51,630 bases of DNA from Anaerolineae bacterium (GTDB lineage Bacteria; Chloroflexota; Anaerolineae; B4-G1; SLSP01). The notes under the pieces were generated by a model. That model ran no database searches. It had not been told where the DNA came from and saw only the letters and a program-made list of their open reading frames with translations. Below are positions 18,760 through 28,469 of this stretch, piece after piece. The stretch spans positions 1-51,630 of the forward strand of contig PWVB01000227.1 of NCBI GenBank assembly GCA_003562365.1, read 5' to 3'. A program made the position numbers and the translations under genes. Numbering within the stretch: the first letter of the stretch is position 1; every line of letters starts with the position of its first letter.

Positions 18760-19563
18760 ATGGAGCCCCTGATACTCCTCACCAACGATGATGGCATTCG
18801 ATCGGCCGGTCTGCGTGCCGCTGCCGAAGCGCTCAGCGGCTTGGGTGAGCTACTGATTGCGGCGCCGGATCGTCAATGGTCGGGCGCCGGGCGGGCGATG
18901 CCACGTGATGTCAGCGCGGAGATCACCGAAGTTCCTTATGCCCTGCCGCATCAAGGTCACGTCCACGCCTACGCCATCGACGCCAGCCCGGCACTCTGCA
19001 TCATATACGCAATGCTGGAATTGGTGACTCGACCGCCGGATCTCGCGGTCTCGGGCATCAACTTTGGGGAGAACGTGAGCACCGAGGTGACGATCTCCGG
19101 CACGATCGGCGCAGCGCTGGAGGCCGCTACCCACGGCATCCCCGCCCTCGCCGTCTCTGCGGAGATGTCCGTCGAGCACCATCTCGCGGGTGATGCGTTT
19201 GAGGACTATGCCGCTGCCAAGGCCTTTACCCACCGGTTTGCCAAGCAGTTGCTCTCCCGGGCGCTTCCCACTGATGTGGACGTGCTCTCTATCAACCTAC
19301 CGCGCAGTGCAACTCCCGAGACAGCCTGGCAGCTCACCCACATCTCACGCCAGCGGTACTTTGTTCCTGTTCGCCAGGATCGGGAGGCGGGCGAGCAGCC
19401 TGGCTACCGCGTCATGGATCAGCCGGAGAGCGCCGAGATTGGTTCCGATGTCTGGTGTCTTCACAAGCTGCGACAGGTTTCGGTGACACCCCTCTCACTC
19501 GACCTCACCTCACGAGTGGACTTCGGGACTCTCGACGAGACGCTGCGTGCCGATGGCCGGTGA
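18760..19563 (+). CDS. surE: 5'/3'-nucleotidase SurE
   Basis: ILLTNDDGIRSAGL, SGINFGEN and GTIGAA motifs. TGGAGG lies 8 nt upstream of the ATG at 18760. Confidence 0.9.
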   Translation: MEPLILLTNDDGIRSAGLRAAAEALSGLGELLIAAPDRQWSGAGRAMPRDVSAEITEVPYALPHQGHVHAYAIDASPALCIIYAMLELVTRPPDLAVSGINFGENVSTEVTISGTIGAALEAATHGIPALAVSAEMSVEHHLAGDAFEDYAAAKAFTHRFAKQLLSRALPTDVDVLSINLPRSATPETAWQLTHISRQRYFVPVRQDREAGEQPGYRVMDQPESAEIGSDVWCLHKLRQVSVTPLSLDLTSRVDFGTLDETLRADGR

Positions 19564-19662
19564 CTCCGTTGCTGAAGATCTCTCTACGATGGCTCATCGT
19601 GGTGGGTCACAGTTAGCATTGAAGGAAGGCCAAAGTGGGTGGGACAAGGCCTTGCCCTCATC

Positions 19663-19690
19663 TTGACAGAATAGAATCGCCACATAGACT
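19663..19690 (+). promoter_or_regulatory. candidate promoter TTGACA-16-TAGACT upstream of the 795-aa gene
   Basis: Read directly. It would give a very short leader before the ATG at 19710, which lacks a clear RBS. Confidence 0.4.
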
Positions 19691-19709
19691 CTAGACAGGT
19701 CAATGGGTT

Positions 19710-22097
19710 ATGCACTACCAAACAGAGATCCTGCGCTTCAAGGAAGGGGCCCGGAGCCGGCATCCCTCCCCCGACGCGACGCTGGCAGTGGCACAGCCGA
19801 ACGTGTTGGTGGAGGCTGACAGCCAACTGGCTGTGCTTGTCGACCTGACGCCCCCGCTGCCCTATCGGAGCCGCGAGATTCGCACGCTGGTCGTGAAGAC
19901 GTATTGGTCTTCCTCCGGCAGCGTCGTTGCTCGTCTCCGCCGTGCGCTGGCGGCAGCGAACCGCCATCTGGTGAATTTCAACCAGAAGGCCTCGGTCGGC
20001 AGCAAGTGCTCTGGCAACATCACCTGCGTCGTGTTCGCCGGCGAGGAGCTGTTTCTCGGACAGATCGGGGCCGGCTATGCTTACGTTCACCATCCTTCCC
20101 CAGCAGATGAAACGGACGTGGGTGACCCCCAGTTTGAGATTTTTCCGAAACGGGACCGTCTGCTCATCCCGCTAGGCGGCACGCTGCCGCCAGTGATCCA
20201 CATCAGCTACACGCTGATGAAGCCGGGTAGCGTTGCCTGCCTGACCACGACGCAGATCGCCGAGGCCCAAGCGCGGGAGGTCTGGCAGCAGGCGATGGCG
20301 CTGCCGAAGCTGAATCTCATTGCCGGGCAGCTCACGCGCGATTTGGCGCCGCGCCGCATCTCGGGCAGCGTTATCTTGGCCTATGCCAAACCGGATCCGA
20401 CACCTAAGCCGGCACCCTGGTTGCAGTCGCGAGCCGGTCGACAGCGACCGCCAGCTGGCGATGTAGTTGCTGTTAAGGAGGCTAGACTTTCGCCTAAGCC
20501 GGCCTCGCGGGCGGGTGCCAGAGCGCGGGTCGAGGCGGCTTCGCACACTCATCAGCAAGCCACTCCAGCCCGCGATGATCGCGTTGCCAAAACGGAGCAG
20601 TCCACCGCTGGTCAACCAGGTGCCGCGGCACCGTCCGCAGCGAGTCCTGCTGATGTCGCTGCCAGCGATGCTGATTCGGTACCATCGGCGCGGCAAGAGG
20701 ACCCTGGGGCGCAATCCAGATGGCAACTGCCTCAACTGCATCTTGCCATCTCCCCCCTACGGCTCTGGCTGACGCGAGCGGTCTGGGGTTGGAGAGAGCG
20801 CCTCGCGCTACGTGCCGAGAGGCGCTCTGACCGTACCACGACTGCCGAGCGGGCGCGCTTGCGCCAGGCCCTTCGCCGCTTGTTGCCCGGAAAGGTCGAC
20901 GGCAGCCAAAAGGCTACACCCCGGACGCTGCCGGACGAACGACCGGCGATCGTAAGTGGGCTGGTCCTGGGGTTGCTGCTGGTGGTGGCGCTCATCACCT
21001 TGACAACCTATATGCGATTAGGGGGTGCGTCGCGCGCCGATGAGCTACTGGAGGAAGTACGCATCCTGCGCGAAGAGGCCTATGGCACACAGGATCCAGC
21101 AATCTGGCGCCAGGTGCTGGAGCTCGCCACGCAGGTAACCTACCTGAACCCCGAAAGCGAGGAAGCTGCTGCCATTCGGCAGGAAGCCCGGCAGGCTGTA
21201 GAGGCGCAGGAGATGACATCGCTGCTGAACGCCATTCCCCTATTGGAGCTCGGCGTTGCCCCAACCACGCGACGCGTCGTCGCCGGCGGTGGCTGGGTCT
21301 ACGTCCTGAACACGGTGACCGATTCTGTGATAGGCCTGCGACTTGGAGAGGATGGTGCATCCCACGCCGGCGAAGACACGATGACGATTCTGATGCGCGG
21401 TCAGACCTACGACGGCGAACCGGTGAACCATCTGGTGGATCTGGCCTGGATCGAGCCGGTTGGTGCCCGCCAGGATGGCACATTGCTCATCTATAGTGAC
21501 GGGGGAAAGCTCTTCAAGCACGAGCCGGGCAGAGGCCCGGATAGCATCACCGCACAGCAGATTCAGGGCGATTTGGAGCCCGGTAGCGTTATGCTTATGG
21601 AGACCTATGGCCCGCGACTCTATCTGGTTCATCGACATCGAAATCAGATCCTGACCTATGAGCCCGTAGGCGGTGTCTATGAGGCCCCGAGGCTCTACTT
21701 CGCCGATGGCGCCGCACCGGATCTGCACCAGGTACAGGATTTGGCCATCGATGGTCGACTCTATGTGTTGATGGGGAACGATACCGTGCGAGCCTACTTC
21801 ACCGGTACGGAAGACTTCTCGTTTCAAACTCGAGGTTTGCCGGAGGACGGCTTCGCTCCTTTGGTGATGGTGGCCGAGCCCGATCCGAACAGCGGTCGGA
21901 TCTACCTCGCTGACACCCAGCGCGATCGCATCATCGCTCTCGACAAATCGGGGGCTTTCGTCCACCAGTACAATCTGCCGAGCGGACAGTTCCGACACAT
22001 CGAGTCGCTGGCCCTCGGCGCGGACCCGCCAGTGCTCTATCTTGTCGCCGAGAACCGGCTCTATGCCGCCCCTATGCCCCATCGGGCGACCCGCTAG
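19710..22097 (+). CDS. large single-pass membrane protein: N-terminal PP2C-like domain lacking catalytic Asp residues, Ala/Pro-rich linker, TM, C-terminal beta-propeller-like repeats
   Basis: Long clean ORF. Segment NITCVVFAGEELFLGQIGAGYAYV is collinear with the PP2C GDSR block. TM at IVSGLVLGLLLVVALITLTTY. C-terminal repeated RLYLV / RIYLAD / VLYLVA strands. Confidence 0.6.
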   Translation: MHYQTEILRFKEGARSRHPSPDATLAVAQPNVLVEADSQLAVLVDLTPPLPYRSREIRTLVVKTYWSSSGSVVARLRRALAAANRHLVNFNQKASVGSKCSGNITCVVFAGEELFLGQIGAGYAYVHHPSPADETDVGDPQFEIFPKRDRLLIPLGGTLPPVIHISYTLMKPGSVACLTTTQIAEAQAREVWQQAMALPKLNLIAGQLTRDLAPRRISGSVILAYAKPDPTPKPAPWLQSRAGRQRPPAGDVVAVKEARLSPKPASRAGARARVEAASHTHQQATPARDDRVAKTEQSTAGQPGAAAPSAASPADVAASDADSVPSARQEDPGAQSRWQLPQLHLAISPLRLWLTRAVWGWRERLALRAERRSDRTTTAERARLRQALRRLLPGKVDGSQKATPRTLPDERPAIVSGLVLGLLLVVALITLTTYMRLGGASRADELLEEVRILREEAYGTQDPAIWRQVLELATQVTYLNPESEEAAAIRQEARQAVEAQEMTSLLNAIPLLELGVAPTTRRVVAGGGWVYVLNTVTDSVIGLRLGEDGASHAGEDTMTILMRGQTYDGEPVNHLVDLAWIEPVGARQDGTLLIYSDGGKLFKHEPGRGPDSITAQQIQGDLEPGSVMLMETYGPRLYLVHRHRNQILTYEPVGGVYEAPRLYFADGAAPDLHQVQDLAIDGRLYVLMGNDTVRAYFTGTEDFSFQTRGLPEDGFAPLVMVAEPDPNSGRIYLADTQRDRIIALDKSGAFVHQYNLPSGQFRHIESLALGADPPVLYLVAENRLYAAPMPHRATR

Positions 22098-22160
22098 GCG
22101 TCCCGCAGATGAGCGGATGTCCTCGATCCAACGCGTTGCGGAGCTGCTGAGGCGCTGATA

Positions 22161-22760
22161 ATGACCAACCTTGAGACGGTGCGGGCCTTCGTCGCGGTGC
22201 CGCCCTCCTCCGAGCTGATTCAAGCGCTGGCCGACGTACAGCGACGGCTGAAGCACGTCACCAACGATCGCTGTGTGCGCTGGGTGGATCCGCACGCGAT
22301 CCACCTGACCTTATTCTTCCTTGGCGATGTGCTTACCACAACCGTTCGCCCGCTCAGGGAAGCGTTGGGCGTTGTCGCGCGCAACGTGCCTCCCTTCCAC
22401 ATACAAGCGCGTGGCCTCGGGGCGTTCCCCAACGTCAACCGTCCACGAGTTGTCTGGGTGGGTGTGGAGGACCCTACGGCTTGGCTGGCTCTGCTTCACG
22501 AGGCGGTCAGCGAGGCGCTGGAGAGCCTTGGATTTGAACGTGAGAGGCGTCGTTTTTCGCCACACCTGACCCTGGGGCGCGTCCGGCGGGGCGTCGATCG
22601 TGGGGAGGTGCAACGTCTGGGGGAGGCGATCCGGCAGACCGAACTTGACGCATTGGTGACGGTAGCCGTTGAGGACCTGGTTCTGTTCAGAAGTGACCTG
22701 AAGCCCACCGGTGCTGAGTATACGCGATTGGCTACTTTTAGTCTGGGTACCGCCGCTTAG
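22161..22760 (+). CDS. thpR: RNA 2',3'-cyclic phosphodiesterase (2H phosphoesterase, LigT/ThpR)
   Basis: Two H-x-T/S-x motifs (HLTLFFLG and HLTLGR) at the expected spacing. Confidence 0.85.
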   Translation: MTNLETVRAFVAVPPSSELIQALADVQRRLKHVTNDRCVRWVDPHAIHLTLFFLGDVLTTTVRPLREALGVVARNVPPFHIQARGLGAFPNVNRPRVVWVGVEDPTAWLALLHEAVSEALESLGFERERRRFSPHLTLGRVRRGVDRGEVQRLGEAIRQTELDALVTVAVEDLVLFRSDLKPTGAEYTRLATFSLGTAA

Positions 22761-22774
22761 CTTCCGCTAAGCGG
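22753..22774. terminator. perfect 9-bp palindrome (CCGCTTAGC-TTCC-GCTAAGCGG) spanning the stop codons of the convergent thpR and GT4 genes
   Basis: Read directly. No flanking T-tracts, so terminator function is uncertain. Confidence 0.3.
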
Positions 22775-23870
22775 CTAAAGCGGCGCGATAGGCTTGCAAT
22801 GTCCGCTCCGCTGTCTGGCGCCAGCTAAAGGCCTGTGCCCTCGCCAGGCCGGCTGCCCGAAGCGTCCGTCGCAAGCCTGCGTCCTCGACCATCTGGCGGC
22901 AGGCGCTTGCGATCGTCACGGGATCATCTGGATCGATCAGCAGGCCGGCTTCCCCAACCACCTCCGGCAGACTGGCTCTGTCCGATACGATGACTGGTGT
23001 GCCGCACTGCATTGCCTCCAGCGCCGGCAGCCCAAATCCCTCGTAGAAGGAGGGGATTATCAGACACTGTGCCCCGTTGTAGAGGGCGACCAGATCGCCG
23101 ACCGGCGGACGCTCGATAAACCGGACCCAGCGCTCGAGCCTCAAGCGCTGGAGGCTGGCATTGACCTCGGCGTACAACCAGCCCGGGCGCCCGACCACAG
23201 CCAGGGTCAGCCGCTGGCCGGTGTCGCGCAGAATCGCCAGCGCTTCAAAGAGACCGGGAAGGTTCTTGCGGGGCTCCCAGACCCCGACGAAGAGGAGGTA
23301 TCCGGGCGTCAGGTCGTAGGCGCTCAGGATCTGCGCCACCTCAGCCTCCGGCAACACTGCAAAGCGCTCGTCAGCTGCGAGATGGGCTACGGTGATACTG
23401 CCCGTTCGGACCTCTAGGAGTTGGACCAGGTCGCGCTGCGTGGCATAGGAGTCGACGACGATTGCGTCGGCGCGCGCTACGGCCCACTCGATCTGGCGGT
23501 TGTAATAGCGCCGCGCCTCGGCAGTGAGGTAGTCTGGATAGTAGAGGAAATTCAGATCGTGGATCGTGATCACCCGTCGGCGCGCACCCCAGGCCGGGGG
23601 GATGAAGTCGGTGCTGTGGAGGACATCCAGACCCAGCGTCCGCAGCTCAAGCCCTAGCAGCCAGCGTTCCAGCGCGTGGTGGGGTGGGGTGATCACGCGC
23701 CGTGTGCGCACGCCGGGGATCTCCAGCGGGACCTCCTCGCGGCGATGCGAAATCAGAACCAGTTGGTCGGCGGTTACGCATTCCGCTATAGCACGGGCCA
23801 ATCGGCGAGCATAGCGGGAAATACCGCCCGGGGCGTAGGCATGCAGCCGTAAGTCGATGCCGATCCGCAT
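22767..23870 (-). CDS. glycosyltransferase family 4 (GT-B fold)
   Basis: MRIGIDLR N-terminus. C-terminal EGFGLPALEAMQCGTPVIVS motif. ATG at 23870 chosen because the longer ORF overlaps the upstream gene. Confidence 0.85.
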   Translation of the reverse strand: MRIGIDLRLHAYAPGGISRYARRLARAIAECVTADQLVLISHRREEVPLEIPGVRTRRVITPPHHALERWLLGLELRTLGLDVLHSTDFIPPAWGARRRVITIHDLNFLYYPDYLTAEARRYYNRQIEWAVARADAIVVDSYATQRDLVQLLEVRTGSITVAHLAADERFAVLPEAEVAQILSAYDLTPGYLLFVGVWEPRKNLPGLFEALAILRDTGQRLTLAVVGRPGWLYAEVNASLQRLRLERWVRFIERPPVGDLVALYNGAQCLIIPSFYEGFGLPALEAMQCGTPVIVSDRASLPEVVGEAGLLIDPDDPVTIASACRQMVEDAGLRRTLRAAGLARAQAFSWRQTAERTLQAYRAALAA

Positions 23871-23880
23871 GGCTGCTCGC

Positions 23881-24834
23881 TCAGTATCCCCGCGAGGGGT
23901 CGACAATGTTTCGCAGCGGCGTATCGTGCAAGTAGCGCTCCAGGTTGTCAAGAAAAAGCTCGGCCTCCCGCTGCTTTAAAAGGGGGGTGCTCCAGGCGTT
24001 GTGCGGGGTGAGGATCACGTTCGGGAGGTCCCACAGGGGCGAGTCGGACGGCAGTGGCTCCTCTTCAAAGACATCCAAGGCGGCGCCGCCAATCCAGCCG
24101 GCCTGCAAGGCCTCCAGTAAGGCCGCCTCGTTGACGATAGCGCCCCGGGCGATGTTGATCAGCCAGGCATCCGGGCGCATCGCGCGCAGCGCTTGATGAT
24201 CGATCAGGTCGCGTGTCTCCGGAGTTAGCGGAGCGGCGATGACGACGAAGTGAGCCGCCGCCAGCAGGTCCGGGAGCTGCGTCGGTCCGAGCACCTTGTC
24301 GGCGACATCGCTGCCGCGCTCCGGTCGGCGGCGTGTCGCCAAGACCTTCATCCCCAACGCCTTGCAGCGCCGGGCGATCTGGGATCCGATACTACCCAGG
24401 CCGACGATCCCCACGCTGAGGAGGGCGACCTCCCGCAGGCGCAGCATGTGCCATGCATGCGCCTCTTGTTGCGCCCAGAACTCCCTCATCTGCTTGGCAA
24501 TGACCAGTATGTAGGTGAGCACCATCTCCGCGATGGGCACATCGAAGACACCCTGCGCATTGGTGATCAACACCTCCTGTTTTGGGTCGAGGGCCTGCAA
24601 TGCGTGCTCCGTCCCCGCCGTCACTGTGTGGACCCAACGCACTGTGGGAAGGGTGAGGATCCTCTTGACCGTCTCTGGGGGAAGGTCCCAGGGCAGCATC
24701 ACGATCTCGGTACCCGCTGCGTTGCCGTCGATCTCCCCCGCTGAGTCGATCGCGACGATCTCGCACTCATCCAGCTCTGTACAGGCGCGTCTCTCCAAAA
24801 GCGGTAGTACAAATTCGGGCATTAGGATCTTCAC
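23881..24834 (-). CDS. D-isomer-specific 2-hydroxyacid dehydrogenase family protein
   Basis: NAD fold GIVGLGSIGSQIARR, catalytic-region ARG and TPH motifs. Start uncertain: GTG at 24834 preferred, with ATG at 24822 and the ORF-track start at 24894 as alternatives. Confidence 0.8.
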   Translation of the reverse strand: MKILMPEFVLPLLERRACTELDECEIVAIDSAGEIDGNAAGTEIVMLPWDLPPETVKRILTLPTVRWVHTVTAGTEHALQALDPKQEVLITNAQGVFDVPIAEMVLTYILVIAKQMREFWAQQEAHAWHMLRLREVALLSVGIVGLGSIGSQIARRCKALGMKVLATRRRPERGSDVADKVLGPTQLPDLLAAAHFVVIAAPLTPETRDLIDHQALRAMRPDAWLINIARGAIVNEAALLEALQAGWIGGAALDVFEEEPLPSDSPLWDLPNVILTPHNAWSTPLLKQREAELFLDNLERYLHDTPLRNIVDPSRGY

Positions 24835-25174
24835 GTTGATCTCCAGTTCGACCCTGGTTTCAAACTGCGAGGCCTTTCCCGAAAGCTCGCCCAAGGTTGG
24901 CCCCTATTATAGTGCACGCCGCCGGTGTAGGAAATGGGGTGCTGGTGGGGTCATCCTACCCGAGGCGCGCAATCCGGCGGTGTTGGCCCGCGAGAACTGA
25001 TGCCGTTCCGCGAGCCTGACGACCAGAACTGCCAAAGGGCATAGCAGCTTGGACAGAATGCGAAGCATCTAGCTCGCGAGCGATCTGGTTGGCATGCTGT
25101 CCCAAGCCGAGATGCCCTCGCGCCAGTTACCTTTACCCGGATATGCTCTGTGTTATGATACTGAGGGAGGTGGG

Positions 25175-26350
25175 ATGAGCAGAACCTATATTGTGCACTA
25201 CGGGGAGTTGGGGCTCAAGGGGCGTAATCGCATCACATTTGAGCGCCAGCTGGTCAACAACATCAGTCGGGCTTTTGGGGACCTGGAGGATGTCACAGTC
25301 AGCCGCTTCCATAGCTACCTGATGGTCACCTGCCCTGCCGCCCTCCGCGCCTCTGAGGTAGAGGCGCGGCTGAGCCGTCTGCCCGGCATCGCTTATTTTG
25401 CGCCGGTGACAGTGACGGCCCCGAAGGTTGAGCTGATCCGCGCAGCCGCCGTGGCTATGGCGGAGGATATCATCTCCCCTGCGACAAGGTTCCGTATCCG
25501 GACGACGCGGGGCGACAAGCGGTTTCCGCTGACTTCGCCCGAGGTGGATCGTGAGGTCGGAGCTCAGGTGCAGCGGGTCACCGGCGCACCAGTCGATCTA
25601 AGCGAGCCCGACGTGACTCTGGCGATTCAGATCTACGAGGAGGCTGCCTACCTCTTTGCCCGTCGGATTCCCGGCATCGGCGGGCTGCCGCTGGGGTCCA
25701 GCGGACGCGTGCTGGTTCTCTTTTCCGGAGGCATCGACTCGCCGGTTGCCGCACACCTGATAATGAAGCGCGGCTGCACAGTGGACTTTGTGCACTTCCA
25801 TCTCCTGCGGGGTAGGGAGCGCATCCGGGGTGCGAAGATCGTCTCTATGGCCCGCCAAGTATTGGCGCCGCATCGTGCGTCGGGACGCCTCTATATGGTC
25901 TCTGCGGCGCCGTTTGAAGCGGCTATGGCGCCTCTGGACTCCCGGGTTGCCACGGTGGTATTCCGGCGCTTTATCGTGCGGGCAGCGGCGCATTTGGCCG
26001 CGCAACGGAAAACGCCGGCCCTGGTTACCGGCGAGAGCGTCGGGCAGGTCGCCTCGCAGACCCTCAGGAATATCAACGTCATCGCTCGGGCCACCAAACT
26101 GCCAATTCTGCGCCCGCTAGTCGGGATGGACAAGCAGGAGATCATCAGCCTGGCCAAAGAGGTCGGCACCTACGAGCTCTCAATCCAGCCGTACCAGGAT
26201 CCCTGTTCGCTTCATGCGCGCCGACCGGCGACCCACGCGCGTTTGCGCGCCGTGCGAGATGTGGAGGCACAGATCGCTGCGGATGCAGTGCTCCAGGAGA
26301 CGCTGGCCCATCACGTCGAGGAGATCCGGATCAGCTTCGAGGGGCGCTGA
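25175..26350 (+). CDS. thiI: tRNA 4-thiouridine(8) synthase ThiI (THUMP plus PP-loop, no rhodanese domain)
   Basis: YGELGLKGRNR and PP-loop SGGIDSPVA. GGGAGG lies upstream of the ATG at 25175. Confidence 0.88.
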   Translation: MSRTYIVHYGELGLKGRNRITFERQLVNNISRAFGDLEDVTVSRFHSYLMVTCPAALRASEVEARLSRLPGIAYFAPVTVTAPKVELIRAAAVAMAEDIISPATRFRIRTTRGDKRFPLTSPEVDREVGAQVQRVTGAPVDLSEPDVTLAIQIYEEAAYLFARRIPGIGGLPLGSSGRVLVLFSGGIDSPVAAHLIMKRGCTVDFVHFHLLRGRERIRGAKIVSMARQVLAPHRASGRLYMVSAAPFEAAMAPLDSRVATVVFRRFIVRAAAHLAAQRKTPALVTGESVGQVASQTLRNINVIARATKLPILRPLVGMDKQEIISLAKEVGTYELSIQPYQDPCSLHARRPATHARLRAVRDVEAQIAADAVLQETLAHHVEEIRISFEGR

Positions 26351-26454
26351 CTGTGAGGTTGCCCTATCCCTGGGGGTGGTTTTGTACGTTCGCTCTGTTA
26401 TACTACCGGTAACTTCCGCAGCGTCACAGTCTATCGGACATGGAGGCTTCTACT

Positions 26455-27741
26455 ATGGAGTTGCGTACCTTCATCGCCGAACTCGATGCAGCCGGTGAGT
26501 TGCGCCAGATTGACGCAGCCGTTTCACCGAGATTTGAGGTTGCCGCCATGATGGCCCGCCACGAAGGCCAGCCGCTGCTTTTCAACAACCTTAACGGCTA
26601 TTCCGGATGGCGCATGGCCTCCGGTTACGTCGCACAGCGCGCGCACTTTGCCCGCTTCTTGGGCTGCACCGTCGAAGCGCTGGTGGATCGCCTCGCCACC
26701 GCCTTGGCCCATCCCACTCCGCCCCCCCAGCTCGACGAGGCGCCGTGTCAGGAGGTGGTCCTCCTCGAGGCGGATCTGGATCGCATCCCCATTCCGCGTT
26801 ACCATCCGCTGGACGGTGGCCCCTATATCACTGCTGGCGTTGCCGTCATCGAGGACCCGGACTATGGACGCAACCTCTCCTTTCATCGGCTAATGCGCAT
26901 TGGCAAGGATTCTTTGGTGGGGCGTATCGTCGAAGGTCGCGGCACGCACACCGCCTGGCGCAGATTTCCGACCGGGCTGCCTATGGCGGTTTGCATTGGG
27001 CTGCCGCCTCATATTCTCCTCGCCGCGGCTCTGTCGCCATCAAAGGGTGTCGATGAGCTGGCGATCGCTCAGGCGATGGCACCGGCGCCGACGGTGGAGG
27101 CAAAGACAGTCCCGCTGAGCATTCCCTCCGTCGCTGAGCTGGTCCTGGAGGGTGTCTTGACCCATAGTACGGCGACGGAGGGCCCTTTCCCCGATCTGTC
27201 TGGAACGATGGACGGGACCAGAGAGCAGCCGATCTTCGAGGTCACTGCCATCACCCATCGGCGTGATCCTATCTTTCACGCACTGCTTCCCGCGGGGTTG
27301 GAACACAAGAATCTGATGGGCATGCCCCGCGAGCCGACGATCTACGCCGAGGTCAGCAGAGTTACGACCTGTACAGGGGTGCGGATCACCCCGGGTGGGG
27401 GGTCTTGGCTACACGCGGTGATCCAGATTGAGCCGCAGGGGCCTGAGGATGCCCGACGTGCCCTTGAAGCAGCATTTCGGGGCCACACTTCGTTGAAGCA
27501 TGCGGTGGTAGTGAACAGTGATGTGGATATAGACGATCTGGCGGACGTGGAGTGGGCCATTGCCACTCGCTTCCAGGCCGACCGCGATCTGCTGCTGTTG
27601 ACGGAGCAACCGAGCTCCAGTTTGGATCCCAGCGCGCGACAGGCGCCGGGTCAGAAGGCGCGCACGGCAAAGATGGGATTGGATGCCACGATTCCATGGG
27701 GCGCGGCATCGGAGGGGTATCTACGGGTTCACTACGAGTAG
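26455..27741 (+). CDS. UbiD-family (prenylated-FMN-dependent) decarboxylase, short form
   Basis: N-terminus MELRTFIAELDAAGELRQIDAAVSPRFEVAAM...PLLFNN is collinear with UbiD. TGGAGG lies 8 nt upstream of the ATG at 26455. Confidence 0.8.
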   Translation: MELRTFIAELDAAGELRQIDAAVSPRFEVAAMMARHEGQPLLFNNLNGYSGWRMASGYVAQRAHFARFLGCTVEALVDRLATALAHPTPPPQLDEAPCQEVVLLEADLDRIPIPRYHPLDGGPYITAGVAVIEDPDYGRNLSFHRLMRIGKDSLVGRIVEGRGTHTAWRRFPTGLPMAVCIGLPPHILLAAALSPSKGVDELAIAQAMAPAPTVEAKTVPLSIPSVAELVLEGVLTHSTATEGPFPDLSGTMDGTREQPIFEVTAITHRRDPIFHALLPAGLEHKNLMGMPREPTIYAEVSRVTTCTGVRITPGGGSWLHAVIQIEPQGPEDARRALEAAFRGHTSLKHAVVVNSDVDIDDLADVEWAIATRFQADRDLLLLTEQPSSSLDPSARQAPGQKARTAKMGLDATIPWGAASEGYLRVHYE

Positions 27742-27761
27742 GGTAAGTTGAGGAGGTCGTG

Positions 27762-28469
27762 ATGAAGTTCCTCGATACGCTGAATCGCATTGTGATTGTG
27801 ATCGCTTGTCTGGTGTTATTGGTGGTCCTAATCCTGGTTTTCCTTATGCCTCACGTCGTGCTTACCTCCGTGGGGCAGTGGATGGTTGGTTGGGGTACCT
27901 ATCTTCAGATCCAGGATGACTGGGCCCGACTGGGAGGCGGTCTGGCGTTGGCGGTGGTCACCGGGCTCCTGGTTGCGCTGGTCATCTATCTGGAGGTGCG
28001 TCGGGGCGGACGGGGATTCATCCGGGTACAGCAGGTTGCTGGAGGGACCGCCACAATCAGCACCGAGAGCGTGACCGATATGCTGCAGAGCGAGTTGGCC
28101 GCGTTGCCCGGAGTGGTCACGGTGACGCCTCACGTTCGGGCGAAGGGCAACCGGGTGGCGGTACACGTTGAGGTGGGTGTGGCACAAGGCACGAACGTGC
28201 CCCAGACGGCCAACTATTTGATCAAGGAGACGCAGGCCACGCTGACCGACGAACTGGGCCTGCAGATCGCGGGCCATCCTGAGGTGCGTGTCACTGTGGT
28301 GGAGCCAGAGACGCCGGAGGCTGAATCTGTGCCGCTGCCGTCTGGCCTCCCCGGCCCTGAGATTGCCGAATCCGAACCGCCGGATCGCTCCGCGGCGCCG
28401 CCGCTCCCGGCGGATGCGGATTGGGAAGACGAAAATCACGAGACCGACACAGACGATGAGGCGGCGTGA
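27762..28469 (+). CDS. membrane-anchored Asp23/Gls24-like protein (AmaP-like) with acidic Pro-rich tail
   Basis: GAGGAGG lies upstream. Two N-terminal TMs. The central segment TISTESVTDML...GVVTVTPHV...VAVHVEVGVAQGTNVPQ follows the Asp23-type pattern. GTG at 27759 is an alternative start. Confidence 0.45.
   Translation: MKFLDTLNRIVIVIACLVLLVVLILVFLMPHVVLTSVGQWMVGWGTYLQIQDDWARLGGGLALAVVTGLLVALVIYLEVRRGGRGFIRVQQVAGGTATISTESVTDMLQSELAALPGVVTVTPHVRAKGNRVAVHVEVGVAQGTNVPQTANYLIKETQATLTDELGLQIAGHPEVRVTVVEPETPEAESVPLPSGLPGPEIAESEPPDRSAAPPLPADADWEDENHETDTDDEAA

Noticed and set aside
21240-22304. 354-aa minus-strand ORF
   Set aside because: Antisense shadow of the 795-aa gene and of the thpR start. 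Junk-like composition and no RBS.
25130-25160. Possible extended -10 promoter (TGTTATGAT) upstream of thiI
   Set aside because: The predicted transcription start would fall on or after the RBS, leaving essentially no leader. Not convincing enough to list.
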